Assembly (NCBI RefSeq): GCF_001194135.2
Contig: NC_068982.1
Location: 174,546,734 to 174,582,410 of the forward strand
Direction: 5' to 3'
Source of the DNA: Octopus bimaculoides
Lineage: Eukaryota
DNA length: 35,677 nucleotides
Numbering within the stretch: the first letter of the stretch is position 1; each line of letters starts with the position of its first letter. Positions 24,246 through 34,870 of this stretch are shown here, in pieces. The position numbers and the translations under genes were made by a program. The notes below the pieces were generated by a model. That model did no database searches and had not been told where the DNA came from. It was given only the letters and a program-made list of their open reading frames with translations.

Positions 24246-25400
24246 TAATAGAAACAAATGAATGTCTATACACTCAACATAAGAGCTGTTTATTTCTCAT
24301 TAGCTATTCTCCTTTTTCACAGAATTTGACGAGACCTTATCTGCCGGACAATTGTCCTCTCCAACAATGCATTACTTCAGGATGTGTTCACAAAATAATA
24401 CCTGTCCTATTGTACTTGTACTGGGCTGCTATTTTTATCGGAATGCTCTACCACTAGTCCTTAATTTTAAAGGTGTTTACACATTCTGTTTCTTATGTGC
24501 CTTTGGCGTGGCCATCATGATATCTTCCTGCGATTGTATTGCAAATAATTTTAGCGACAATGCTATGCCCAGTGGAAAGCTGGTGTCTTGTAGACCTTTT
24601 TGGACAAATGCTGATGACGTAGGCGATATCTTCCACACTGGCGTGGCACAATTGACATTTTCTGTCACAACGCGGTGGTCTATTGGAATCCTTATCTTTT
24701 TATATTGATCAGGTATTTAGTACCTTTCTCTTGTTTTGGGACAGCAAGATCGTAACGTTTTAGATAGGATCTGATGTACCTGTCGCAAGTTCAGACAGGC
24801 TACTGTTTCTGTCAATGTTATTGGTCTTCTCTAACTTAAGGGATATTTACCCTTGAGATGATAAGTATTTCTCCTTCAAATTTCTATTTAATTAGATAAA
24901 TCCAATTACCCTTTGTTAATATGAAACAGCTTTACACTCAGCGTACCAATTCATGTGTTCTTCACCTAACATCGTGATTTTACCACTTTCGCTGTTAAGC
25001 ACACACTTGATGTGCTCATTTCTCTCTTTACTGCAAGTGTTCTCTAAGTGATCCGATGTGACACTTAAAGGCAGTCTAGAATAACCTTATACCTCTGCCT
25101 TCATCTTTCCGTTTAACATAGATCAGCTAGCGTCACTGTTGATGTGAGAGTTACCAGTTGTTAGTATCTTTCTAGTTTTAATGTTTAAGTTGTGAATCTT
25201 TAGATGTGTCCAGCATGTCTAGTATCCCAATTGCTGGTACTGCGAAAGTATTGTGGGAGATGGTCTTATTAAATGCAGACAGCTCTTGTTTTCATATCTT
25301 TCAACGTTTGCTGAAATATTCTATTGCTACTCTAGCTTTTCTCACAGCACCAACGCATGCAATATTCTTGTCGATTTCAAAGTAATCATAACATGCTTCA
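24246..25400 (-). mobile_element. Decayed Dong/R4-clade non-LTR retrotransposon (RT C-terminus, CCHC knuckle, RLE)
   Basis: ELSAFNKTISHNTFAVP, NIKTRKIL, SHINSD, YVKRKDEGRG, CDRKCQLCHASVEDIAYVISICPK, SIPIK...KYNRTGII, LMRNKQLL; many stops and frameshifts. Confidence 0.88.
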
Positions 25401-25525
25401 CTGGTGATAGAGGAAGATAGACAAATTGCTGATAACCATGTTGCCTGCCTGATCGACAATCTTTCCTCGATTGACTACCATATATATATTCATCTTGACC
25501 AAATTCCATACCTATATACCTTTTC

Positions 25526-25947
25526 TACTCAAGGCACAAGACCCGAAATTTTCGGGGAGGGGCAAGTTGATTAGATCAACCCCAGTACGCAACTGGTACT
25601 TAATTTATCGACACCGAAAGGATGAAACGAAAAGTCGACCTCGGCGGAATTTGAACTTAGAACATAAAGACAAGCGAAATACCGCTAAACATTTCGCCCG
25701 GCGTGCTAACGTTTCTTATTTCTTTACTACCCACAAGGGGCTACACACAGAGGGGACAAACAAGGACAGACAAAGGGATTAAGTCGATTACATCGACCCC
25801 AGTGCGTAACTGGTACTTAATTTATCGACCCCGAAAGGATGAAAGGCAAAGTCAACCTCGGCGAAATTTGAACTCAGAACGTAACGGCAGACGAAACACC
25901 GCTAAGCATTTCGCCCGGCGTGCTAACGTTTCTGCCAGCTCGACGCC
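25526..25947 (-). mobile_element. Dimeric SINE (second copy)
   Basis: Same architecture, junction and monomer-specific variants as 12851-13268. Confidence 0.9.
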
Positions 25948-26177
25948 TTTCCATGCATACTTACCGTGAGAATATCATACCTCTTGGTGTCAAGAATATT
26001 TCTTGAATACAGCTATGGACCATCAAAGAAAGGTGAATGACACTAAGCTTTTTTCTCTTCTGCAACAAACGACGCTAACATCATCCAACCATCTACAAAC
26101 ACTACCAATACTTACAAGACTAATTAATACGTACATTCCTATACCATCGCTTACCATATATAAACAAACACCAATGT

Positions 26178-26226
26178 GCATTGTTGTTGTTGTTGGCACT
26201 CCGTCGCTTACGACGTCGAGGGTTCC
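26178..26226 (-). mobile_element. 3' end of retroposon family E with (AAC)n tail, cut by gap
   Basis: gttgttgttgttggcactccgtcgcttacgacgtcgagggttcc; homologous to 28688 onward. Confidence 0.7.
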
Positions 26227-26689
26227 NNNNNNNNNNNNNNNNNNNNNNNNNNNNNNNNNNNNNNNNNNNNNNNNNNNNNNNNNNNNNNNNNNNNNNNNNN
26301 NNNNNNNNNNNNNNNNNNNNNNNNNNCAGTGATGTATGTTGGGATTAATATGATTTTGCTAACAATGAAAATATGTTTCTATGTCCAAACATGAGTGTCT
26401 TGTGCTGTTGAAAGTGCATTTCTATAAAGAAAATCTCAAAAGAATTATATAATAATGGGATGAATGTGGTAGGTTACTGTTGTTGTTGTTGTTCGAAGAG
26501 ATGATGTTTTTGGGGGGGGGAGGGGGGTTACCAAGATACATCGGTGAAAGATATGTACGTATGAAAGAGATATACGTGCGTATGTATGCACCCGCTCGCC
26601 TACTCATATACATACGAACACATGACGAGTTCTGTACACATTTTGTTTACCATATTCTACACACTAGTCAAACCGAGACTATGGCTAAC

Positions 26690-26765
26690 ACAACTTTTCC
26701 AAGGCGCTACAGAATAGGATCGAACCAGCAACCATATGATTGTGAAGGGTACTTCTTTACCAACC
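26690..26765 (-). mobile_element. Diverged tRNA-like head of SINE family C
   Basis: ttccaaggcgctacagaataggatcgaaccagcaaccatatgattgtgaag resembles the reverse complement of the 31745-31810 head. Confidence 0.5.
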
Positions 26766-26914
26766 TTCAATGCCTGTGCCCGCAAAACACACTGCCAACC
26801 AAAAATAATAACAAGCCATCTGACAAGAATCGAACCATGTATCTGCTGGCTGTGAGACAAACATATTATCGCCAGCGGGTTCATTGTTAATATTTTATCT
26901 CAGATTTGTGCATC

Positions 26915-27005
26915 CTTATGTTCTGAGTTAAAATTCCACCGAAGCCGACTTTGCCTTCCATCCTTTCGGAATCGATAAAATAAGTTATTGTGCCAAAATT
27001 TGAAA
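26915..27005 (+). mobile_element. Internally deleted SINE family A fragment
   Basis: gttctgagttaaaattccaccgaagccgactttgccttccatcctttcggaatcgataaaataag. Confidence 0.75.
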
Positions 27006-27020
27006 CTAATATTTTTTTAA

Positions 27021-27317
27021 TACAGTTCTATATTTAAGAGATGAGGAATTATTTACATTATTTACATTATTTACATTTGACGGATATTTCTCCTCATCTT
27101 GTTTGTTGTTAACACAACGTTTCGGCTGATATACCCTCCAGCCTTCGTCAGGTGTCTTGGGGAAATTTCGAACCTGGGTTCTCATTCCTAACGATGTTAC
27201 TATTATTATTATATTATTATTATTACTATTATTAATCAGGTCGCTGCCGTGAATCGAACTCGGAACCTTGGGGCTAGTAGCCCGCGCTCTTAACCACTAC
27301 GCCATATGCCCGTGGGC
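27021..27317 (-). mobile_element. tRNA-headed SINE, family D, with (AAT)n spacer, hammerhead and 3' hairpin
   Basis: Head GGGCATATGGCGTAGTGGTTAAGAGCGCGGGCTACTAGCCCCAAGGTTCCGAGTTCGATTC (A and B boxes), then (AAT)n, hammerhead, AGATGAGGA/TCCTCATCT inverted repeat and (AATGTAAAT)3. Confidence 0.8.
27111..27156 (-). ncRNA. Minimal type I hammerhead ribozyme (extra A after A9)
   Basis: GACAC-CUGACGA-A-GGCUG-GAGGGUAUAU-CAGCC-GAAAC-GUU-GUGUU; stem III reduced to the ACGU palindrome. Confidence 0.75.
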
Positions 27318-27346
27318 ATAATATTTTTTTTCTCAGATTAAAACGA

Positions 27347-27555
27347 CAAACTGGCAGAATCGTTTCCACGCCGAGAAAAATGCTAAGCGACATTCACTAG
27401 AAAGTCGGGGGAAAATATACCTTCGGCAATTGCTCCAGCTCTTTATGTCCTAAGTTCAATTCTGTCTGATACCGACTTTGCCTTTCATCCTTCTGGAATC
27501 GATGGGATTGACTAGCCCTTCCCCTAAAATTATTGGCCTCGTACCTAAATCAAAA
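27347..27555 (+). mobile_element. SINE family A copy (with internal insertion/deletion)
   Basis: ctggcagaatcgtt...aagttcaattc...gactttgcctttcatcc. Confidence 0.75.
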
Positions 27556-27569
27556 ATATTATTATTAAT

Positions 27570-27760
27570 ACGGCACGCTGGTAGAGTCGTTAGCACGCCG
27601 GACAAAATGCCTAGCGGCATTTCGTCCGTCTTCGCGTTCTAAGTTCTAATTCCGTCGAGGTTGACTTTGCCTTTCATCCTTTCGGGATCGATAAATTAAG
27701 TACTAGTGAAACACTAAGGTCGATGTAACCGACTAGTCCCCTCCCCACAAAATTTCAGGC
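27570..27760 (+). mobile_element. SINE family A monomer
   Basis: Full colinear match to the consensus. Confidence 0.88.
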
Positions 27761-28095
27761 AAGGAGAAAGGGCTCTATACCCCTTTCTTATTTTTTCTGA
27801 CCAGGCTCCCGTGGTTTTATGGGTTTTTCCACGTGTAACCTTTCCTTTTTCAAAGCGCCTCCCCCTTTGGGAGTTCTAATTATTTATTTATCTATTTATT
27901 TATCATATCTTTCTCCGTTTTCTTCCTCTGTTTAGACGAACTTTCCTACCTTTTCGGACAAAACCTTTTGTAACCTTCGTCCTGTCTTTGTCCTTATATG
28001 TTTTTAATTGATATTAGCCCTTGTGGCCAATAAAACGAATTAATTATTATTATTATGATTATTATTATTATTATTTTTATTTTTATTATTATTAT
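27761..28095 (+). mobile_element. Probable LINE (Tx1-like) 3' UTR with AATAAA and (ATT)n tail
   Basis: Pyrimidine-rich tract ending TAGCCCTTGTGGCCAATAAAACGAA then (ATT)n; starts AAGGAGAAAGG, as does the sequence after the Tx1 ORF2 end near 12717. Confidence 0.5.
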
Positions 28096-28134
28096 TTACA
28101 TGCATCTCTTTGGCCTTTATACGTACGTGCATGC

Positions 28135-28175
28135 ATGCATACATACATACATACATACATACATACATACATACA

Positions 28176-28206
<31 letters not shown>

Positions 28207-28250
28207 GTGCATATATACATACATACGTATGTACATACGTACGTACATAC
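28135..28250. repeat. (CATA)n tetranucleotide array
   Basis: Direct reading; similar arrays at about 20166-20207, 23385-23410, 29640-29691, 31020-31062 and 31680-31722. Confidence 0.97.
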
Positions 28251-28687
28251 ATAACACGCCTAGTTCTAAGTAATAAATCATTGTACAATATATAAGTATT
28301 TAACTTAAGAAGATAAAATATCGTTTACTGTCTATTGTTGCTATGATATATCCATACTGAAATGATACTTTCATATGTTGCTAGGAAACAGAATGATGCT
28401 ACTTATTATTCTGAGGTCTGTCCGTAGCCAGTTAACTGGTTAATGTAGATCTTAGAGTTGCTTGGATAGTATTGCCGTTTGGTTGGCAGTTAATTGAGGA
28501 TATTTGCAACGTAAAAATATAACTAGTGATGGTGATCGTGACCGAAAGCTCAGCAACGCTTTTGCAACCTCAGCCTATAGCTAAGTTAGGCCCATTTCCT
28601 GTCCCTCGTGGGACTGCAACGGTCTCCTATCTAATCTCACTTAATTTACTTTTGCGTTACCTTATTTTTATGTACCTTTATGCAACT

Positions 28688-28868
28688 GACACTCCGTCGG
28701 TTACGACAACCAGGGTTCCAGTTGATCCGATCAGCGGAACAGCCGGCTCGTGAAATTAACGCGCAAGTGACTGAGCACTCTCCAGATACGTGTACCCTTA
28801 ACGTAGTTCCCAAGGAGATTTAGCGTGACACGCATTGTGACAAGGCTGACCCTTTGAAATACAGGTTT
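28688..28868 (-). mobile_element. Retroposon family E 3' part
   Basis: cactccgtcggttacgacaaccagggttccagttgatccg...; homologous to 26190-26226. Confidence 0.65.
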
Positions 28869-29016
28869 ACCTTTGCATCAATTGCTATCCTCTAGCACTG
28901 ATTCCATGCTGTCATGCTTACTGCCGCAATCCCAATTTCCTTCGCCTCTTTCTGTTTCATTTCTTACTTTCCTCTTCTTCACACACACACGCATACACAC
29001 GTACATATAATCTTTT

Positions 29017-29220
29017 CTACTAAAGGCACAAGGCCTGAAACTTGTAGGGAGGGTACTAGTCGAATACATCGACCTCAGTGTTTGACTGGTACTTAATTTA
29101 TCGACCCCGAAAGGATAAGAAACAAAGTCGACCTCTGCGGAATTTGAAATCAGAAAGTAGCGACGGGTAAAATACCGTTGAGCATTTCGTCCAGCATGCT
29201 AACGACTTTGCCGGCTCGCG
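29017..29220 (-). mobile_element. SINE family A monomer
   Basis: Full colinear match. Confidence 0.88.
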
Positions 29221-29234
29221 TATATATCATGAAA

Positions 29235-29300
29235 TTAAATAAAGGACAAAGGAAGAGGAAATCGTGTAATGAAGTTAACTATCTTACAGCTGTTTCTGAG
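29235..29300 (-). mobile_element. Short PLE-like remnant carrying the 3' half of a hammerhead
   Basis: TCTTACAGCTGTTTCTG is identical to 22078-22094, with a similar purine-rich flank. Confidence 0.5.
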
Positions 29301-29691
29301 AGCTGGGTGCTTGTGCATCAACGCAGTGATTAGTTGCATCGCTTTATTTTTCATGGATTTAAATCGCGTTGGATCGAATTACGCATTTCATTCCTTCAAA
29401 ATCAATGAAACAAATACCGACTTACTATTCATATCAACTTGATTTAAAAGTCTGTGTCTCTTCTGAAGTATGCAGCCTTGTTCCAATCATTAGTAATCAA
29501 AGTTTAATTTGTAGTATAAGAACTAATTTGTTGACGATTATAACGCGAATTTACAAATATGCGTGAGTGTGTGTTTGTGAGAGTATGTGTGTCTAGTGTA
29601 TATACGCATATAAGCATTATAGACACACACACACACACACATACATACATACATACATACATACATACATACATACATACATACATACATA

Positions 29692-29895
29692 CAGAACCGT
29701 TAGCACGCTGGACAAAATGCTTAACGTTATTTCACCCGTCACTACGTTCTGAGTTCAAATTCTGCAGAGGTCAGCTTTGCTTTTCATCCTTTCGGGGTCG
29801 ATAAATTAAATACCAGTGAAACACTGGATTCGATGAATTCGGTTAGTCCCCTCCCACCAAATTTCAGGCCTTGTGTGTGTAGTAGAAAGGATTAT
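29692..29895 (+). mobile_element. SINE family A monomer abutting (CATA)n
   Basis: agaaccgttagcacgctgg...gagttcaaattc...ggggtcgataaatt...ggccttgtg. Confidence 0.88.
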
Positions 29896-30856
29896 ATGTA
29901 CGTGTAAAAAGAATAATATTTTTCTGTTAGATCAGACTGGCGCCAGTCAGAGAGACAGCCAGACACTCAGGCAGACGGTGAGACATTAAGGTCTGGAGAT
30001 TGACGTAAGAGCTAAATGAACTAACCGCCTTTATATGTTGCATACTTGAGGGTCGTCTGCTGCGAGATAGAGAAAGAAATAGTTCAAGAAGCAGGGTGCA
30101 AGAAAAAGAGAGAGAGAATTAAATAGAGGAACAAACATGTAGCAGAGTGGTAGTCAGAGGAAAAGAAATTCTGATTAAAAGGGAGTTTGAGGAGAAAAAG
30201 CTTGAGATGCGAATTGGAAGAGAAAGATGGAGATGTATTCAGAGAGATGAGGAAAGAGATGAAGGNNNNNNNNNNNNNNNNNNNNNNNNNNNNNNNNNNN
30301 NNNNNNNNNNNNNNNNNNNNNNNNNNNNNNNNNNNNNNNNNNNNNNNNNNNNNNNNNNNNNNNNNNNNNNNNNNNNNNNNNNNNNNNNNNNNNNNNNNNN
30401 NNNNNNNNNNNNNNNNNNNNNNNNNNNNNNNNNNNNNNNNNNNNNNNNNNNNNNNNNNNNNNNNNNNNNNNNNNNNNNNNNNNNNNNNNNNNNNNNNNNN
30501 NNNNNNNNNNNNNNNNNNNNNNNNNNNNNNNNNNNNNNNNNNNNNNNNNNNNNNNNNNNNNNNNNNNNNNNNNNNNNNNNNNNNNNNNNNNNNNNNNNNN
30601 NNNNNNNNNNNNNNNNNNNNNNNNNNNNNNNNNNNNNNNNNNNNNNNNNNNNNNNNNNNNNNNNNNNNNNNNNNNNNNNNNNNNNNNNNNNNNNNNNNNN
30701 NNNNNNNNNNNNNNNNNNNNNNNNNNNNNNNNNNNNNNNNNNNNNNNNNNNNNNNNNNNNNNNNNNNNNNNNNNNNNNNNNNNNNNNNNNNNNNNNNNNN
30801 NNNNNNNNNNNNNNNNNNNNNNNNNNNNNNNNNNNNNNNNNNNNNNNNNNNNNNNN

Positions 30857-30887
<31 letters not shown>

Positions 30888-31337
30888 CATACACACAAAT
30901 ATATGCAAATATACACACGCACATACACAAACATTCACTTGTACGTACGTACACACATGCAGACGCACGCGCGCAGACATATATACGTCATCCATCCATA
31001 CACACGTACATACATGCATACATGCATACATACATACATACATACATACATACATACATACATAGACCTACACGCAAACCTTCTGTCCAACTTCGCCGAA
31101 ATATAAGCCATTACTGTTTTAATACACGACAGAATAAGGTGTACGTGTCATCTTCATGTTGAAACATTGCTGGAGCAAACAGACACCGACATACATAGAT
31201 TTACGACAATGTGACGGGATTTAAAAACTAAAAAAGATGGCGACAGTCCTAAATGACAAATAATCACACAGCCTCGGCCGCAACTCGCTAATACATCTCT
31301 TTGTCTCAAAGCAAAGAAAGATATAGATAAGACTGCT

Positions 31338-31369
<32 letters not shown>

Positions 31370-31606
31370 AACACTGTTTGTCTGTCTATCAGTCTGTGTT
31401 TTGGCTGCCTTTGTGGCGTTTAGTTAATGGTGACCCATTTATTTCTACGATCATTCATTTACCTAATGTCCCTTATCCGTGCTTTTCTAGCTTCAAATTA
31501 TGTGTGCGCGCATGTGCGCGCATATGTGTGTGTGGGTATGTGTGTGCGTCTATGTGTGCGCGTTTGTGAGTGGGTGCGTGTCTGTGTATGTATGTATACG
31601 CTACTC

Positions 31607-31659
<53 letters not shown>

Positions 31660-31737
31660 TGCTCGTGCGTGTGTATACGTATGTACATACATACATACAT
31701 ACATACATACATACATACATACACACGCACACAGGCA

Positions 31738-31906
31738 CAGGTGTGGATGTGTGGTAAAAAGCTTGCTTCCCAACCACATGGTTCCCGGTTCAGTCCCACT
31801 GCGTGGCACGTTGGACATGTATCTTCTACTATAGCCTCGGGCCGACCAAAGCCTTGTGAGTTGGTCTGGTAGATGGAAACTGAATGAAGACCGTCGTGTA
31901 TATATA

Positions 31907-31963
<57 letters not shown>

Positions 31964-32180
31964 CTCTGTGTTTGTCTTTGTCTTCCCACCATCGCTTAAC
32001 AACCGATGTTGGTGTGTTTACATCACTGTAAATTAGCCGTTCGACAAAAGGGCGCGATAAAATAAGTACTAGGCTTACAAAGAATAAGTCCTGGGGTCGA
32101 TTTATTCGACTAAAACCCTTTAAAGCTGTGATCCAGCATCGCCGCAATAAATTACTGAGACAAGTAAAAGAATAAAAGAA
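31738..32180 (+). mobile_element. Composite SINE family C (tRNA head, CORE-like block, internal (TA)n(TG)n, family-A-like block, AAGAATAAAAG tail)
   Basis: Head GTGTGGTAAAAAGCTTGCTTCCCAACCACATGGTTCCCGGTTCAGTCCC; TTGGACATGTATCTTCTACTATAGCCTC; GATAAAATAAGTACTAG...GGGGTCGATTTATTCGACT. Confidence 0.85.
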
Positions 32181-33354
32181 TACATATATATCTGTATATA
32201 CGGTCTGTGTAAATAAATGTGTGGAGGGTGTAATATTATCTATTCTTCACCTAACTCGGAACCTTTCATACGTTTGGATCTACAGTCTGTAGTCGAAGTG
32301 GCATACGTGCAGTGAATATATCCCAGCACGATTTTCATGAACGTTGTCTATTCAATCAGTTACTTGTGAACGTATGCATAACTGAAAGGGCAAATCCATA
32401 TTTATTTTAGTAAATACGTATATGTTAGTATATATTGTCGGTACATAGGTGCGCTATCCCCGATTCTAGTTTGATGCTTTTAGTATTCAAATGCCTGATT
32501 CTCTCGAATGCTGAAAATTTATATATATATATATATATATNNNNNNNNNNNNNNNNNNNNNNNNNNNNNNNNNNNNNNNNNNNNNNNNNNNNNNNNNNNN
32601 NNNNNNNNNNNNNNNNNNNNNNNNNNNNNNNNNNNNNNNNNNNNNNNNNNNNNNNNNNNNNNNNNNNNNNNNNNNNNNNNNNNNNNNNNNNNNNNNNNNN
32701 NNNNNNNNNNNNNNNNNNNNNNNNNNNNNNNNNNNNNNNNNNNNNNNNNNNNNNNNNNNNNNNNNNNNNNNNNNNNNNNNNNNNNNNNNNNNNNNNNNNN
32801 NNNNNNNNNNNNNNNNNNNNNNNNNNNNNNNNNNNNNNNNNNNNNNNNNNNNNNNNNNNNNNNNNNNNNNNNNNNNNNNNNNNNNNNNNNNNNNNNNNNN
32901 NNNNNNNNNNNNNNNNNNNNNNNNNNNNNNNNNNNNNNNNNNNNNNNNNNNNNNNNNNNNNNNNNNNNNNNNNNNNNNNNNNNNNNNNNNNNNNNNNNNN
33001 NNNNNNNNNNNNNNNNNNNNNNNNNNNNNNNNNNNNNNNNNNNNNNNNNNNNNNNNNNNNNNNNNNNNNNNNNNNNNNNNNNNNNNNNNNNNNNNNNNNN
33101 NNNNNNNNNNNNNNNNNNNNNNNNNNNNNNNNNNNNNNNNNNNNNNNNNNNNNNNNNNNNNNNNNNNNNNNNNNNNNNNNNNNNNNNNNNNNNNNNNNNN
33201 NNNNNNNNNNNNNNNNNNNNNNNNNNNNNNNNNNNNNNNNNNNNNNNNNNNNNNNNNNNNNNNNNNNNNNNNNNNNNNNNNNNNNNNNNNNNNNNNNNNN
33301 NNNNNNNNNNNNNNNNNNNNNNNNNNNNNNNNNNATATATATATATATATATAA

Positions 33355-33545
33355 TTGGAAAAACGCAGTAGAGGACAAAAAAACATCCCGGCAAATAGAC
33401 GATACAAAGGCGGACAGGAAAAAAAGGACCTGTCATTCATGGCCCTCTTTCTTCAGTCAAGTTACCAGATGTCATTACAGTTTCGGGCAGTTACACTCGA
33501 GACTGTTCGATCTGGTTATCCCCCAAAAAAAGTCTCAGCTAGAAG
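33355..33545 (-). mobile_element. PLE-like fragment with decayed hammerhead
   Basis: CCAGAU...CAGU/ACUG...CCCGAAAC...GAC-AUCUGG followed by a U-rich tail. Confidence 0.45.
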
Positions 33546-34017
33546 CATTAGATTTTTTGTAAGAAAGCAAACGAATGTGTACGACAACAAAGACAAAATA
33601 CGGAGAACATGTTACACAATTACAAGTACAAACAACAAGAATATAACAACAGGTGTCTTTTGACTGAGGACGAATCAAATTGAGCTGGCGTGTATAAAGG
33701 GAAAGCTTTAAGGCAGGAACATAGGAGATGGACATAAGAGGTGTTGGCGGTCGGCAGTTAGGCCAAGAAAGAAAGATCATGGCTGGCCGAACACCGGTCA
33801 CATGGAAGAAGGTGAGAGGGGTAGGTGGAAGCGGGATTGAAGGATTAGAAAAAAAATCATCAAAGAGATGAAGGGAAAGGTACAGGGGAGATAATCGAGC
33901 AGGGAAAGTAGGAGTTAAAGAAAGAGAGGGCCAAGAAATGTGAGAGAGGGGGAGCGAGAAAAAGAAAAGAGGAAAAAGTATGAAATATATAGTGTATATA
34001 CATATCTTTTGTTTTAT

Positions 34018-34033
34018 GTATGTATGCATGTAC

Positions 34034-34064
<31 letters not shown>

Positions 34065-34370
34065 TGTATGTATGTATGTATGTCATTATTCAGTTTTATT
34101 TCAAGATTTCTTGCCAATAAAGAAAGAGCCGGTTTCTAACCTAAATTCAAGGCTCCTTTATTGGAATTTCAACATCAACATTTTTGTTTCTACGTACGTA
34201 TGTATGTATGCAGATTTTTATATTTTGCTTTATGTATGTATTCTCATGCATATAGTTACATATCTAGACATGCTTATATATTTTTAAATGATAAACTTCT
34301 GGAAAGTTTTACAGATTTTTACAGTACCAGTGATGGGTTGGATCTGTAGTCTTCGATTTAGCTTTCTCTT
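34018..34370 (-). mobile_element. Dong/R4-clade 3' end (ORF tail, 3' UTR with internal (CATA)n, terminal (CATA)n tail)
   Basis: Homologous to 34409-34560; distal UTR ...GAAATAAAACTGAATAATGACATACATAC. Confidence 0.8.
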
Positions 34371-34408
34371 ATGTATGTATGTATGTATGTATGTATGTAT
34401 TATGTATG

Positions 34409-34715
34409 CATATGTGCAGATTTGTATGTTTTTGCTTTATGTATGTATTCTCATGCATATAGTTGCATATCCAGACATGCTCATATATAGTGAAATGATA
34501 AACATCTGAAAATTTTTACAGATCTTTACAGTTCCAGTGAGAGATTGGATCTGTAGTCTTCGAATTAGCTTTCTCCTTTTTGGTTTTGAGAAGCTTATTT
34601 CTCAAGATTGGTATTTAGACAGTGTGATACATATCCCAGGGTCCCAATAATTACAGGTATAAACCTGAACTTGTAACCTGGATAGAGTAACTGCAGATTT
34701 CTCAACAGTTCAGTG
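34409..34715 (-). mobile_element. Dong/R4-clade 3' end (RLE C-terminus plus proximal 3' UTR)
   Basis: ELLRNLQLLYPGYKFRFIPVIIGTLGYV...RRKLIRRLQIQSLTGTVKICKNF; homologous to the LMRNKQLL region near 24290. Confidence 0.88.
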
Positions 34716-34727
34716 TAGATATTCTCT

Positions 34728-34870
34728 ATGTATGTATGTATGTATGTATGTATGTATGCATGCATGTATGTATGTATGTATGTATGTATGTATGTATGTA
34801 TGTATGTGTGTGTGTGTATGTGTGTGTGTATGTATGTATGTATGTATGTATGTATGTATGTATGTATGTA
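34728..34870. repeat. (TATG)n/(TG)n array
   Basis: Direct reading. Confidence 0.97.

Noticed and set aside
24331-24708. Strong plus-strand acceptor and 118-aa ORF
   Set aside because: It is the antisense of the Dong/R4 zinc-knuckle/RLE region.
27237-27317. tRNA-like sequence as a bona fide tRNA gene
   Set aside because: Acceptor-stem pairing is poor and it is fused to an (AAT)n spacer and retroposon body, so it was treated as a SINE head.
30090-30265. Purine-rich ORF-like stretch (MVVRGKEILIKREFEEKK...)
   Set aside because: GA-rich low-complexity sequence running into a gap.
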